This document shows positions 7,775-17,492 of a stretch of 64,000 nt of DNA, one piece after another. Source of the stretch: Candidatus Binataceae bacterium (GTDB lineage: Bacteria > Desulfobacterota > Binatia > Binatales > Binataceae); assembly GCA_036489375.1 (NCBI GenBank), contig DASXFX010000054.1, positions 64,210 to 128,209 on the forward strand, written 5' to 3'. Position 1 is the stretch's first letter. Each line of letters starts with the position of its first letter. A program made the position numbers and the translations under genes. The notes under the pieces were generated by a model. The model did not search any database. It was not told the DNA's origin and saw nothing but the letters and a program-made list of their open reading frames with translations.

Positions 7775-9712
7775 CTAATCGCAGCACTTGTGCTTAGGCC
7801 GCGAAGGAGCCACGTCCATCGCGGGATTCTGATCGAAGAACCCGGAGGGTCTCAGCATAAAGCCGGCATACGAGACCGGCATCACCGGCCAATCCTCGGG
7901 CCGTGGAATATGGTGCACCCCGAATGAGTACCACGTTACGAGATCTGCATTCTCGAGCGGGCGATCGTGTTTGATCCATTGATCGAGCCCGTCAGGCGCA
8001 GGGTTTTGATTGATGTAATCGCCCGAAGCGTAGCGTTGCACCGGATCGTAAGTGGTTACCCAAAGGTTATGCCGAATGAATCCGGCACGCCTTAGGACGC
8101 TCGCTCCATCCTGTGCGAATGGCCGGACTACGTCCGCGCCCGGCGTGATCTTGTAGCCGGTCGGTTGACCTACTGAATTGCGCCGCGACGGATTAACCAC
8201 GAGCCAGGCGCGCCCGATAGCAGGATCCGCATCGCGCCCTGCTTCCAACTGATTACTGATAAGTGTGTATCGCGGTCGATAGGATCCGTTGTGCGGGTTG
8301 CCGGGCCCGACAGGATCCGCGACGGTATCGACCTCATAGACCGAATTGCCCGGTCCATCGACATCCATATCGAGGCGGTAGTTGAAGTAATGCTGATGAA
8401 TCGGCGCGTAAAGCTGCGGCGCTACGAGGGCCCCGTGAGTCGGTTGCTCACCCGGAGGATAAGCGCCTACAGATAGACATCCAGTCAGCTTTACTTCGAG
8501 CTGGATTTCACCGCTTTGGTACAAGTACCAGAAAAACCCGTAATCGTAATTCCCGACGGTGGCAAAAAAGGAGATCACCAAGCGACGCGACCGGCGAACC
8601 TCGCTGCGATTGGTGCGCCAGTCAGTGTGCTTCCATAGCGTGCCGTAGTCCTCTTCATGCAGACACACGGCGTTCTCGATCGTTTCGGTCTCGCCCGCCA
8701 TGTTAACCATATGCGCATCGAAGTAGTGGATCGTACCAACACAATCGCATCCTAGCTTCAGGCTGTTAGCCATGCGCCCGATGCCATATTCTCCCACGTC
8801 GAACGCATTCTTCTTGAAGTGCGTCGGAGTGGGATCGCCGTACGGCACCTGCATTTCGGATAGGGACGCCCGATACAGGATCGGACGTATGCGATCTTGA
8901 TCCTCATAGGCGACCTGATGAAGCACCAAACCCTCGCGTGAAGTGAAACCAACGCGGAAGCGCCATTTTTGCCAGCGCACCTCGTAGCCGTCGACGGTAA
9001 AGCTGGGACCTTCGGGCTGGGTTATCTCCAGCGGCTTCAAGTCTTGCCGCAGAGGCCCAAGGCTTTCCGCCGCATAGGTGCCCGTCAAAGGTGGCAGCGG
9101 TACCGCGACATCATCGATTACCTCGACCACCTCCATCTTTTCCAGATCGACGAAGGTAATTAATCCTTCGACCGGACGGCCATATCCTACGTCGGCATCG
9201 CTACCGCGAATCCATGTGAGACCTTGTGCCAGCCGACGGTCGGGAAACCGTTCATCGCCATAGGCGCCAGCCGACCATGGATCGACGATCGCCTTGTCGA
9301 ACTCCGTGATACCTCTGCGCGCGAGCGCCGCTCGCCATCGCGGATCGGCCTTAACCGCATTCTCGCATTGGATGAATTCTTCGATGATGATACCAGGCTG
9401 CACTCCGCGGCGTTCTTCACACGAGATCAGGCTTTCATCGCGCAGGCTTACAAGTGCCTCCAGTACGCGATGAGCACCTAGATCCAGAACAATTATCAAT
9501 GCCCGCCGGTCCGGGATGTTGCCCGCGCCAATGCCTTCGATTTCGGCCTTGACTGGTTCCTGCAGGTTGACCGAGACGAAGCGCCAATGGTTGCTAGCCG
9601 GGCCATGGGTGCGCAGAGCACGGACGGCCGCGCTTACTTCTTCCGCGCTTAATGGATCCAGCGGATGACGTTGAGCGGTCTCTTTCGCGGTATCTGACTT
9701 CTCCATCGTCAA
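7775..9712 (-). CDS. Copper-containing primary-amine oxidase (topaquinone enzyme)
   Basis: TPQ precursor motif TVGNYDYGFFW and copper-ligand region HQHYFNYRLDMDVDG. 645 aa, with no obvious signal peptide. Confidence 0.9.
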   Translation of the reverse strand: MTMEKSDTAKETAQRHPLDPLSAEEVSAAVRALRTHGPASNHWRFVSVNLQEPVKAEIEGIGAGNIPDRRALIIVLDLGAHRVLEALVSLRDESLISCEERRGVQPGIIIEEFIQCENAVKADPRWRAALARRGITEFDKAIVDPWSAGAYGDERFPDRRLAQGLTWIRGSDADVGYGRPVEGLITFVDLEKMEVVEVIDDVAVPLPPLTGTYAAESLGPLRQDLKPLEITQPEGPSFTVDGYEVRWQKWRFRVGFTSREGLVLHQVAYEDQDRIRPILYRASLSEMQVPYGDPTPTHFKKNAFDVGEYGIGRMANSLKLGCDCVGTIHYFDAHMVNMAGETETIENAVCLHEEDYGTLWKHTDWRTNRSEVRRSRRLVISFFATVGNYDYGFFWYLYQSGEIQLEVKLTGCLSVGAYPPGEQPTHGALVAPQLYAPIHQHYFNYRLDMDVDGPGNSVYEVDTVADPVGPGNPHNGSYRPRYTLISNQLEAGRDADPAIGRAWLVVNPSRRNSVGQPTGYKITPGADVVRPFAQDGASVLRRAGFIRHNLWVTTYDPVQRYASGDYINQNPAPDGLDQWIKHDRPLENADLVTWYSFGVHHIPRPEDWPVMPVSYAGFMLRPSGFFDQNPAMDVAPSRPKHKCCD

Positions 9713-9872
9713 TCTCCTGTTGCCACTCCGGACCTTAACGCCTTGTAGTTGCGAACCTTGTGGTTCTACTTCGCTGCTAATGCAGTGACTCTAGATCGTG
9801 AGCCGATGCCACGCAAACCTCATATCGTATAACCAGGTAGATGGCTCCTGGCTCGCGGATAATGGCGACCCA

Positions 9873-11096
9873 TCAATGCGGTGCGCTATGCAGGATGCCC
9901 GCGGTTTCCAGCTCGGTCACGCGGTCGGCGGAAAGTCCCAGGTATTTTTCGAGTACCGCGGCATTGTGCTGGCCCAGCATCGGCGCGTCAAACTCGATCT
10001 CTTCGGGAAACCCCGAAAAACGCAATGGAAAGCCTGGAATCTTGAATTCGCCGAGAATCGGATCGGTGATCGTCCGCACCGTCCCGCGTGCCACCAGATG
10101 TGGATGCTCCATCGCCTCCCGGATCGAAAGTACCGGCGCGACCGGCACCCGATTGCTTCGCAGCGCCTCGATCGACGCTTCGTCGTTGGGCATCGCCGCC
10201 AGCCAATCTTCGATTACGCGGACCAGTTCCTCACGATGCTGAGCGCGATCGCGAGCGCGTGCGTAGCGCGCATCTTTGGCCAGTTCCGGCTTCCCGATAG
10301 CGTCGCACACGCTGACCCATTGTTTGTCGGTCATCGCTAGAATGATGATCCACCACTTATGACCTTTGAAGACACCGGCCGGACAAGCTAGCGAGTGATG
10401 CAGTCCTGAGGCTTTCATTTCGCGAGCACCTTTACTCGCGCTGTAGAGCTGCACCCCGATCGTCTGACAATGGAAGTAGGTATCCAGCAGTGAGACGTCG
10501 ATGTACTGACCTTCCCCTGTCCTTTCGCGATAAAGTAGCGCGCACGCGATCGCGCCCATCGCATGAGCGCCGGCGCTCACGTCGCCGATCGCCACCATCG
10601 GCATGTAAGGAGGACCCGCTTCTTCTCCTATCAGTGCTGTTATCCCGGCATAGGCCTGTCCGATGAAATCGAAACCGACGTCGTGCGCGAGCGGTCCGCT
10701 TTGCCCCAGTGCGGAAATCGAGCACATTACGATTCCCGGCTTGAGTGCTTTGAGCACCTCATAGCCCAAACCCATGTTGCCGATTACGCCGGGCGCGAAG
10801 TTCTCCACCACCACGTCCACCTTAGGCACTAACTGCTTTACGATCTCGATACCTTCAGGTTTCCGCAGGTCAACGCAGAGGCTTTCCTTTCCGCGATTCT
10901 GCTGGATGAAGAAAGCGCTGCGCTGGTTGCGAATATAATCGAAGGCCCGCGCATGGTCGCCGTGAGGCGCCATCTCGACCTTGATAATCTCGGCGCCCAT
11001 CCCGGCCATCAGTCGGGTAGTAGTAGGTCCCGCGACGAAGTGAGTGAAGTCGAGAACCTTGTATCCGTCCAGCAGATGTCGCGGCTTGTCGCCCAT
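9873..11096 (-). CDS. CaiB/BaiF family (class III) CoA-transferase
   Basis: N-terminal LDGYKVLDFTHFVAGPTTTRLMAGMGAEIIKVE and the family-typical GDxSxG region. Alignable along its full length to the paralog at 30617-31837. Confidence 0.85.
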   Translation of the reverse strand: MGDKPRHLLDGYKVLDFTHFVAGPTTTRLMAGMGAEIIKVEMAPHGDHARAFDYIRNQRSAFFIQQNRGKESLCVDLRKPEGIEIVKQLVPKVDVVVENFAPGVIGNMGLGYEVLKALKPGIVMCSISALGQSGPLAHDVGFDFIGQAYAGITALIGEEAGPPYMPMVAIGDVSAGAHAMGAIACALLYRERTGEGQYIDVSLLDTYFHCQTIGVQLYSASKGAREMKASGLHHSLACPAGVFKGHKWWIIILAMTDKQWVSVCDAIGKPELAKDARYARARDRAQHREELVRVIEDWLAAMPNDEASIEALRSNRVPVAPVLSIREAMEHPHLVARGTVRTITDPILGEFKIPGFPLRFSGFPEEIEFDAPMLGQHNAAVLEKYLGLSADRVTELETAGILHSAPH

Positions 11097-11126
11097 TGAT
11101 GAAACTCTCCCGTCCGCCCGCTACTT

Positions 11127-12137
11127 TTAGATCGCGATGCAGACCTTACCGAAGTGAGCGCCACTTTCGAGATAGCGATAAGCCTCGCGCGCCTCACTGA
11201 ATGGAAATACGCGATCGACGACCGGCCGCAACTGGTTTACCTCGATTGCGCGGTTCATCTCGTCGAACATCTGACGCGAACCGACCAGGATGCCCTGCAT
11301 GCGCGCGTTCTTGAACAGGATCGGCATCGGGTTAATCTCTCCCGCCGCCCCGGTCAGAATTCCGATAAGGCTCACAGTTCCTCCCGTCTTGACCGCATTG
11401 ATCGATCGCGGAAGCGTCCCGGGACCGCCTACCTCGATCACGTGATCGACGCCCGCTCCCTCGGTGAGCTCGATCACACGCGCGTCCCACTTCTCGTTCG
11501 TCTTGTAATTGATTACGTCTGAGGCGCCCATCTCGCGCAGCCGTTCGAGCTTGGCGTCGCTGCCCGAGGTCGCGATGACGCGCGCGCCAATCATCCTGGC
11601 GAATTGCAGCGCGAAAATTGAGACGCCGCCTGTGCCCATCACCAGCACCGAATCGCCCGATTGAAGCTTGCCTTCCGTCACCAACGCGTTCCACGAGGTC
11701 ACCGCCGCGCATGGCAGCGTCGCCGCTTCTTCATACGTCAGAAACGCCGGGATATGCACCACTCCGTCTTCGGCGAGCACCACGTATTCGCTGAGCATCC
11801 CATCGATGCCGCCGCCCAAAGAGGTCGCGTACATATTTTGAATTGGCGGACCGGCCAGCCAGCATTGCGTGAAGATTCCAGCGACGCGATCGCCCTTCTT
11901 GAAGCGCGTGACACCCGCCCCGACCTCGACGATTTCGCCCGCCCCGTCCGAGACCGGAATCAGCGGAGCCTTCATCATGCCCGCGAGGCCGCCGCGCACG
12001 ATCGCGAGGTCGCGATAGTTGAGCGACGTCGCCCGCACTCGAATCAGCACCTCGCCGTGACCTGGTTTCGGGTTGGGCCGATCGACCAGGGTCAGGCTGT
12101 CGATGCCTTTGGCTTCGCGAATTTCGTACGCCTTCAT
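11127..12137 (-). CDS. NADPH:quinone oxidoreductase / zinc-type alcohol dehydrogenase superfamily (MDR)
   Basis: MKAYEI...GEVLIRVRATSLNYRD and the Rossmann motif VLVMGTGGVSIFALQFA. Confidence 0.8.
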   Translation of the reverse strand: MKAYEIREAKGIDSLTLVDRPNPKPGHGEVLIRVRATSLNYRDLAIVRGGLAGMMKAPLIPVSDGAGEIVEVGAGVTRFKKGDRVAGIFTQCWLAGPPIQNMYATSLGGGIDGMLSEYVVLAEDGVVHIPAFLTYEEAATLPCAAVTSWNALVTEGKLQSGDSVLVMGTGGVSIFALQFARMIGARVIATSGSDAKLERLREMGASDVINYKTNEKWDARVIELTEGAGVDHVIEVGGPGTLPRSINAVKTGGTVSLIGILTGAAGEINPMPILFKNARMQGILVGSRQMFDEMNRAIEVNQLRPVVDRVFPFSEAREAYRYLESGAHFGKVCIAI

Positions 12138-12411
12138 GCTTTACCTCGATTTTCTTCGACGATGCGCCGCGCATCCCCAGCACGAAGATATGACCCGCGC
12201 CGAGTCGAAAGACAATGGTTTCGCGCTTCGCGTCGCGCGTTCGCCGCCGTCCCGGATTCTCCTCCCCACGCCGATCGCGCGTCTTCATGCTCAATCCTTT
12301 GCAGCCGGCGCGAAGCGCGTACTATAAATATTCTGGCGGGCCGAACGCGGCCGCCCGAGGCGCTCCGGGCACGTAAGGGGAGCCCTCTCGATCGGTACAG
12401 TCTGCCGCAGG

Positions 12412-13860
12412 ATGAACGCCGCACGTCTTTCGCCTTCCGCCGCCAACATCGTCGTCCCTACCATCGTCGGGTGCGCCCTCTTCATGCAGACCCTCGACTC
12501 CACCGTCATCGCGACGGCGCTGCCGGTCATCGCCCGCTCGATGAACGAGCTCCCCATCCGCCTCAACCTCGCCATCACTTCCTATCTGCTGAGCCTTGCC
12601 GTCTTTATCCCGATCAGCGGATGGGTCGCCGACCGCTTCGGCGCGCGCTCCGTATTCCGCGCCGCCATCGCCTTCTTCACCCTCGGATCGATCCTCTGCG
12701 GCCTCTCCTCGACGCTCGGTGAACTGGTTCTCGCCCGCGTCCTGCAAGGCTTCGGTGGTGCGATGATGGTGCCGGTCGGCCGCCTCGTGGTGCTCCGCCT
12801 CGTGCCCAAATCCGGCCTCGTTGACGCGATGTCGTACCTCACCATTCCGGCCGTGCTCGGACCGGTGGTTGGCCCGCCCCTCGGCGGCTTCATCGTCACC
12901 TATAGTTCGTGGCGCTGGATTTTCTTCATGAATGTCCCGATCGCCATCCTCGGTATGGTCCTGGCCACCCTCTACATTCCCGACATCAAGCAAGAACTCA
13001 CCATCCCGCTCGATCTTCGCGGCTTCTTCCTGACCGGTCTCGGTCTCGCCGGCCTGGTCTTCGGCTTCGAAACCATTGGGCGCGATATGATCCCGGTCAG
13101 CCTCGTGATGTCTGTGTTAGCCATCGGCGGTCTCGCCGTCGGACTCTATTATCTCCACGCCAAGCGCATCGACTATCCCATCGTCGATCTCACCTTGATG
13201 CGCATTCCCACCTTCGCCGCCTCGGTGCTCGGCGGCGGACTCTCGCGGATGGGCATCGGCGCACTCCCGTTTCTGCTCGCGATGCTCCTCCAGTTGGTCT
13301 TCGGCCTTAATCCCTTCGCCTCCGGCCTGATTACTTTCACTAGCGCCATCGGTGCGCTGACGATGAAGTTCACCGTCGGGCCGATCGTGCGCCGCTTCGG
13401 CTTTCGTACGGTGCTCATCGGTAACGGCATCCTCAGCGGACTAGTTCTTCTCAGCTATGCGATGTTCCGGCCGGGCATCGCCAAGAGCCTGATGATCGGG
13501 ACGTTGCTCGCCGGCGGCTTCTTCCGCTCGCTGCAGTTCACCAGCCTCAACACCGTCGCGTATGCGGATATTTCGCCCCCGATGATGAGCGGGGCCACCA
13601 CCCTTTCGAGCATGGCGCAGCAATTCTTCCTGAGCCTCGGCGTCACCGTCGCCGCCCTCGTGCTCCATATCAGCTTGTCGCTGCGCGGCAGCACGACCCT
13701 CGACGCCAACGACTTCGCCGCCGCCTTCGTCGTCATCGGCGTCCTGACGCTGGCCTCGACACTGTTCTTCATCCCGCTCGAATATCACGCCGGCGCCGAG
13801 GTCAGCGGCCACCAGCCGGCCCCCGACCTCGCCCGCGAACCCGTCCCCCAACCCGACTAA
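12412..13860 (+). CDS. MFS transporter, DHA2 (EmrB/QacA-like, 14-TMS) family
   Basis: Hydrophobic periodicity throughout. MFS motif A-like GWVADRFGARSVF and motif C-like segments. Confidence 0.8.
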   Translation: MNAARLSPSAANIVVPTIVGCALFMQTLDSTVIATALPVIARSMNELPIRLNLAITSYLLSLAVFIPISGWVADRFGARSVFRAAIAFFTLGSILCGLSSTLGELVLARVLQGFGGAMMVPVGRLVVLRLVPKSGLVDAMSYLTIPAVLGPVVGPPLGGFIVTYSSWRWIFFMNVPIAILGMVLATLYIPDIKQELTIPLDLRGFFLTGLGLAGLVFGFETIGRDMIPVSLVMSVLAIGGLAVGLYYLHAKRIDYPIVDLTLMRIPTFAASVLGGGLSRMGIGALPFLLAMLLQLVFGLNPFASGLITFTSAIGALTMKFTVGPIVRRFGFRTVLIGNGILSGLVLLSYAMFRPGIAKSLMIGTLLAGGFFRSLQFTSLNTVAYADISPPMMSGATTLSSMAQQFFLSLGVTVAALVLHISLSLRGSTTLDANDFAAAFVVIGVLTLASTLFFIPLEYHAGAEVSGHQPAPDLAREPVPQPD

Positions 13861-14274
13861 CCCCTCCACGATGTATTCTTTGTAGTCGCTCTCCCCGCCA
13901 TCTCGGCCCCTAACCGGTCGCCCCCGCGGTAAGCGCTCCCAGACTGACGAGCTCTGCTCCGCGCGCCGCCCGCGGAGATATGCTGAGCGGTCGTGGTGAG
14001 TACGATAACCCGCAAGGAATCTGCTCAACAGTGCATTTCTGCGCACGGATTCGTGCCCAAATCAGGCGCAATCGACACCGAAACCGCGGCTTAGCCTTAA
14101 TTTCTTTAGAAAACGCTACCGCCATCGCGGTATCGTGGGTGGGAGCAAGCGAATGCAAACAATATTTGATGGACCCCGGTTGGGCCCGCTAGCATAACTT
14201 CGCCTCCGCGAATCATGATCCTTCGAATATCGTGTTACCAATCTTCGAATGAAGTGAAGGATCTGAGGTCGAAG

Positions 14275-15081
14275 ATGTCTATTACAGTTGCAGAAATCAC
14301 TTCGGAGCAGGCGGATCGAATTAGGCTGCTCGATGAGGGGCAGTACACTGACCTCAAGAGCCGAGATATCGCGCCCAAAAAGCTGACCACCCATATTTCC
14401 GCTCTCGCCAATGCCGATGGCGGCGATTTATACATTGGAATCACGGACAAAGAACGAAAATGGGAAGGCTTTGAAAACGTTGAGGCTTCGAACGGACATC
14501 TTCAAATCTTCGAACTTCTGTTCCCGCTCGGAAATGATTTTCAATACGATTTCCTAAAATGTCCCTCTTATCCCGGGCTCGTCCTGCACATTCAGATAAC
14601 AAAGACGAAAGGCATCGTGAAAGCGTCGGATGGATTTCCATACATCCGCCGAGGCGCTCAGAGCATGATCGTCAATACCCCGGAAAAGAATCGACGCCTC
14701 GAACTGACCAAAGGAATTACATCCTTCGAGGACGACACGACCAATGCACCGAAAGAAATGATCGTTGATTCAGCCGTTACTAGAGATTTTATTCGTCAAG
14801 TGGTTCCCACGGCGGAACCTGAGCCTTGGCTGAGAAAGCAGTTTTTGCTTCGAAACGAACGCCCGACGGTGGCTGGGGGGCTTCTGTTTGCAGATGAGCC
14901 GCAGGCAGCTCTGCCTAAGCATTGTGGTATCAAGATTTATCGATATAAGACCCGTGAAGTCGCAGGCTTTCGCGAAGTTCTGGCCGATCACCCTTTGACG
15001 GTAGAGGGATGTCTGTACCAACAGATTCGCGATGCTGTGCAACGCACACAGGAAATAACCGAAAGCATCTCGGCTTTTTGA
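14275..15081 (+). CDS. AlbA_2 / Schlafen-like putative DNA-binding domain protein (short, lacks the usual C-terminal modules)
   Basis: EGQYTDLKSRDI...ISALANADGGDLYIGITD matches the AlbA_2 signature (E..E.K....i.A.aN..GG.l.iGi.D). GAGG lies 6 nt upstream of ATG 14275. Visibly lower GC than the flanks. Confidence 0.6.
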   Translation: MSITVAEITSEQADRIRLLDEGQYTDLKSRDIAPKKLTTHISALANADGGDLYIGITDKERKWEGFENVEASNGHLQIFELLFPLGNDFQYDFLKCPSYPGLVLHIQITKTKGIVKASDGFPYIRRGAQSMIVNTPEKNRRLELTKGITSFEDDTTNAPKEMIVDSAVTRDFIRQVVPTAEPEPWLRKQFLLRNERPTVAGGLLFADEPQAALPKHCGIKIYRYKTREVAGFREVLADHPLTVEGCLYQQIRDAVQRTQEITESISAF

Positions 15082-15100
15082 AAGGCACATTTACCTTTGT

Positions 15101-15340
15101 ATGCCGCGATCAACCATTACCAGTAAGGGTCAGACCACCATACCCGGCGAGATCAGGCGACATCTCAAGCTCAAGGCTGGCGACCGCATCGAGTTCATCG
15201 TCGAACCCGACGGACGGGTAGTCTTGATCCCGGCGACCGTGGACGCGAACGAGTTGAAAGGATTGCTAGCGCCGGCGCCGCGACGAGTAATGTTGGAACA
15301 AATGGAGACTACCGTCCGGAAACGAGCAGCACGCTGGTGA
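15101..15340 (+). CDS. AbrB/MazE/SpoVT-family type II antitoxin (VapB/PrlF-like)
   Basis: MPRSTITSKGQTTIPGEIRRHLKLKAGDRIEFIV is a canonical SpoVT-AbrB swapped-hairpin motif. Confidence 0.75.
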   Translation: MPRSTITSKGQTTIPGEIRRHLKLKAGDRIEFIVEPDGRVVLIPATVDANELKGLLAPAPRRVMLEQMETTVRKRAARW

Positions 15341-15591
15341 CCGGAATCGACCCAAACTCGTGGCCCCTTCACCCTGCTCTGAGGCTTCGTCCTGATAAGA
15401 ACGGCGCCGTAGCGCCACCGGAGCAACTCTACCGGCGCCCCCTCCGACCGCTGCCCGCAAACTCATTGACCTCCTTGTGATCATTCGATGATCGCGCACT
15501 CGCTAAGCCCCTCAACCCTTCGCTTACTCAACAGCAAAAGGTCTCAACAGAATCTCCCGCGACACTTTACCCTGCTTACCCAACGGGAAGT

Positions 15592-15618
15592 CTGAAACCT
15601 CGATGAGGTTTCAGTTTT
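15592..15618 (+). terminator. Rho-independent terminator
   Basis: CTGAAACCTC-gat-GAGGTTTCAG, a perfect 10-bp stem, followed by TTTT. Confidence 0.6.
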
Positions 15619-15714
15619 CCTGAAAAACCACCAGTTCCGCGCTCCTCAACCATCATCTGCCATTAACCCAAGGCTCTGGCATCCCACAGCCTTTCCCCTC
15701 GCCGAAAACTTTTT

Positions 15715-15857
15715 TTGGAAACACTGCGTCACTCTGCTATACTCTTTGTAGCATCGCGCTCCCCGCGCGAGTCCGGCTTCTCCACCGACTCATCTGCTGC
15801 GAAAGTCGGAAACCAGCCTCGAAGAGAGCACCTCTTTTGTGCGAAACGAACCCATTT
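15715..15857 (+). repeat. Recurrent intergenic element, copy 2, with a sigma-70-like promoter
   Basis: TTGGAA(15715-20)-N17-TATACT(15738-43). 5' box CTGCTATACTCTTTGTAG (15734-15751). Hairpin CCGACT...AGTCGG. 3' box TTTTGTGCGAAACGAACCC (15835-15853). Confidence 0.6.
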
Positions 15858-15931
15858 TCACCGCGCAAACCTACTCCAGACAGCTACTGCGGAGACGCAA
15901 GCGGTCGATCGCCAATCTGGGAAATAGTGGA

Positions 15932-17392
15932 TCACTCGGTCGGGAGCGGGACGGAGCCAGCGTTGTGAGCCTTCGCAAAAGCAGCGTAATCGCGGTCGTT
16001 CTGGTCGCCGTATGCCTCGGCAAAGTCGGCAAGAGCTTCATCGAGCGTCGTCGAATTGCCGCAATAGCCCGCGATTGCCGCCGCCGCACCCCATCGCGAA
16101 TGCGCCCGTCCGAGCAGAAGGCCGCAGGCCGCCGCGTACGAATCGAGCAGATCGCCCGACAGTTTGGCCTCGACCATCGATCCTTTCAGGTTCCTCATCT
16201 GCCGCACGTAAAAGGGCCGGCCGTCGATCGTGGTCCAGCCGATCAGAATATCGCTGGAGGCCTGCAGCGTCCGTTGTCCGAGTACCACTCGGCGTCCGTC
16301 GTGACTCAGCGATGCGGGCAGCGGCAGAACGTAGGGCGCAAGCGCTGGAACCGTCGCCTCCTTCACCTGCAGGAACAGCGGATCCTCGTCGCCGTTGCCG
16401 AACAGCAAGGCCAGATAGGCACGCGTGCCGACGCTGCCGACGCCCACGACCCGATGAGCGACGTCCACCACTCGATAGCAGCGCAGCAGAGCGCGACGCT
16501 CCGGAGCGATCGTATTGACGTACGCGTTCAAGCCGTCGATCACCTTGTCGGCGGTCGCGCGATCGAGCCGCTTCAGCACTGGCGGATCGTCGCGAAACTC
16601 CCAAGTGCCGTCGGCTCGGCGCTGCGCCATCCGTTCGAGCAAGTGCTGATTGGTCTGCAAGGCTGCATGCTCGAGGGCCTTGCGCGCCGCCGCCACCGAC
16701 TTGTCGCTCGGATGGAGCATTGGATGACGCAAACCTGGATACGCGTGCAGATGCCACAGGTCGAGATGACCCATGCTCTGAAATCGAATCGTGTTCTCGC
16801 GGTATGCGCCGGCGCATCGCAGCACCGCCTGGCGCCGAGCCTTGTAATTCGCTCCGTTATGACGGGCTACCACGTTGACGCTGATCACCAGGCGCTTCAG
16901 ATCGAACTCCCACGGTCCAAAGGTGGTCTCGTCGAAGTCGTTGAGGTCGAAGACCACGCTGCGTTGCGCGGTTCCGTAGAAGCCGAAGTTGGACAGATGC
17001 GCGTCGCCATCGATCACCACGTTGATTCCACTGACCGGCGTGCGAGCCAGGTCCCACGCCATCACGGCCGCCGCTCCACGCAGAAACGCGAACGGCGACT
17101 CGGCCATGCGCGACATCCTCAGAGGCACGAATTCGGATTGACGGTCGCGGTTGCTCGCGATGACGGTCGCGACCGGGTCCGGCCGATCCAGCGGGGCTAT
17201 CCAGATGGCGTGATCCTCGCGCGGTGTGCGCTTGCGCAGCGCCTTCCCCGCCGCATGGCGACTCTCCCAACCTTCCTTCTCGTCGCGCAAATCGACGGTG
17301 GAAACGTAGCCTTCGACGGCCTCCCACGAAGAGGACACCCCGGGAATCTGGAGGGTGGCGTCTGGAGAACCTGTGTTGCCGGATGAACCCAT
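15932..17392 (-). CDS. DUF2252 domain-containing protein
   Basis: SPFAFLRGAAAVMAWDLA...GDAHLSNFG...VFDLNDFDETTFGPWEFDLKRL matches the conserved DUF2252 core. Confidence 0.75.
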   Translation of the reverse strand: MGSSGNTGSPDATLQIPGVSSSWEAVEGYVSTVDLRDEKEGWESRHAAGKALRKRTPREDHAIWIAPLDRPDPVATVIASNRDRQSEFVPLRMSRMAESPFAFLRGAAAVMAWDLARTPVSGINVVIDGDAHLSNFGFYGTAQRSVVFDLNDFDETTFGPWEFDLKRLVISVNVVARHNGANYKARRQAVLRCAGAYRENTIRFQSMGHLDLWHLHAYPGLRHPMLHPSDKSVAAARKALEHAALQTNQHLLERMAQRRADGTWEFRDDPPVLKRLDRATADKVIDGLNAYVNTIAPERRALLRCYRVVDVAHRVVGVGSVGTRAYLALLFGNGDEDPLFLQVKEATVPALAPYVLPLPASLSHDGRRVVLGQRTLQASSDILIGWTTIDGRPFYVRQMRNLKGSMVEAKLSGDLLDSYAAACGLLLGRAHSRWGAAAAIAGYCGNSTTLDEALADFAEAYGDQNDRDYAAFAKAHNAGSVPLPTE

Positions 17393-17492
17393 AAGGACGC
17401 CGCTTTTCAGTGCGAACGTACTTATGACTCATGCCCTTAGGACAGGCAATGGCCGACGATCGAGCGCTGTGCGCCTAGGATGCCACTCGATA

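Noticed and set aside
15338-15484. 48-codon ORF overlapping the antitoxin stop as a VapC/PIN toxin
   Set aside because: Too short for a PIN domain, and only a vague IDxN resemblance to the N-terminal acidic motif. At best a decayed remnant, so not listed as a feature.
15839-17386. 515-aa plus-strand ORF
   Set aside because: Shadow of the DUF2252 gene, whose minus-strand translation carries the conserved family blocks.
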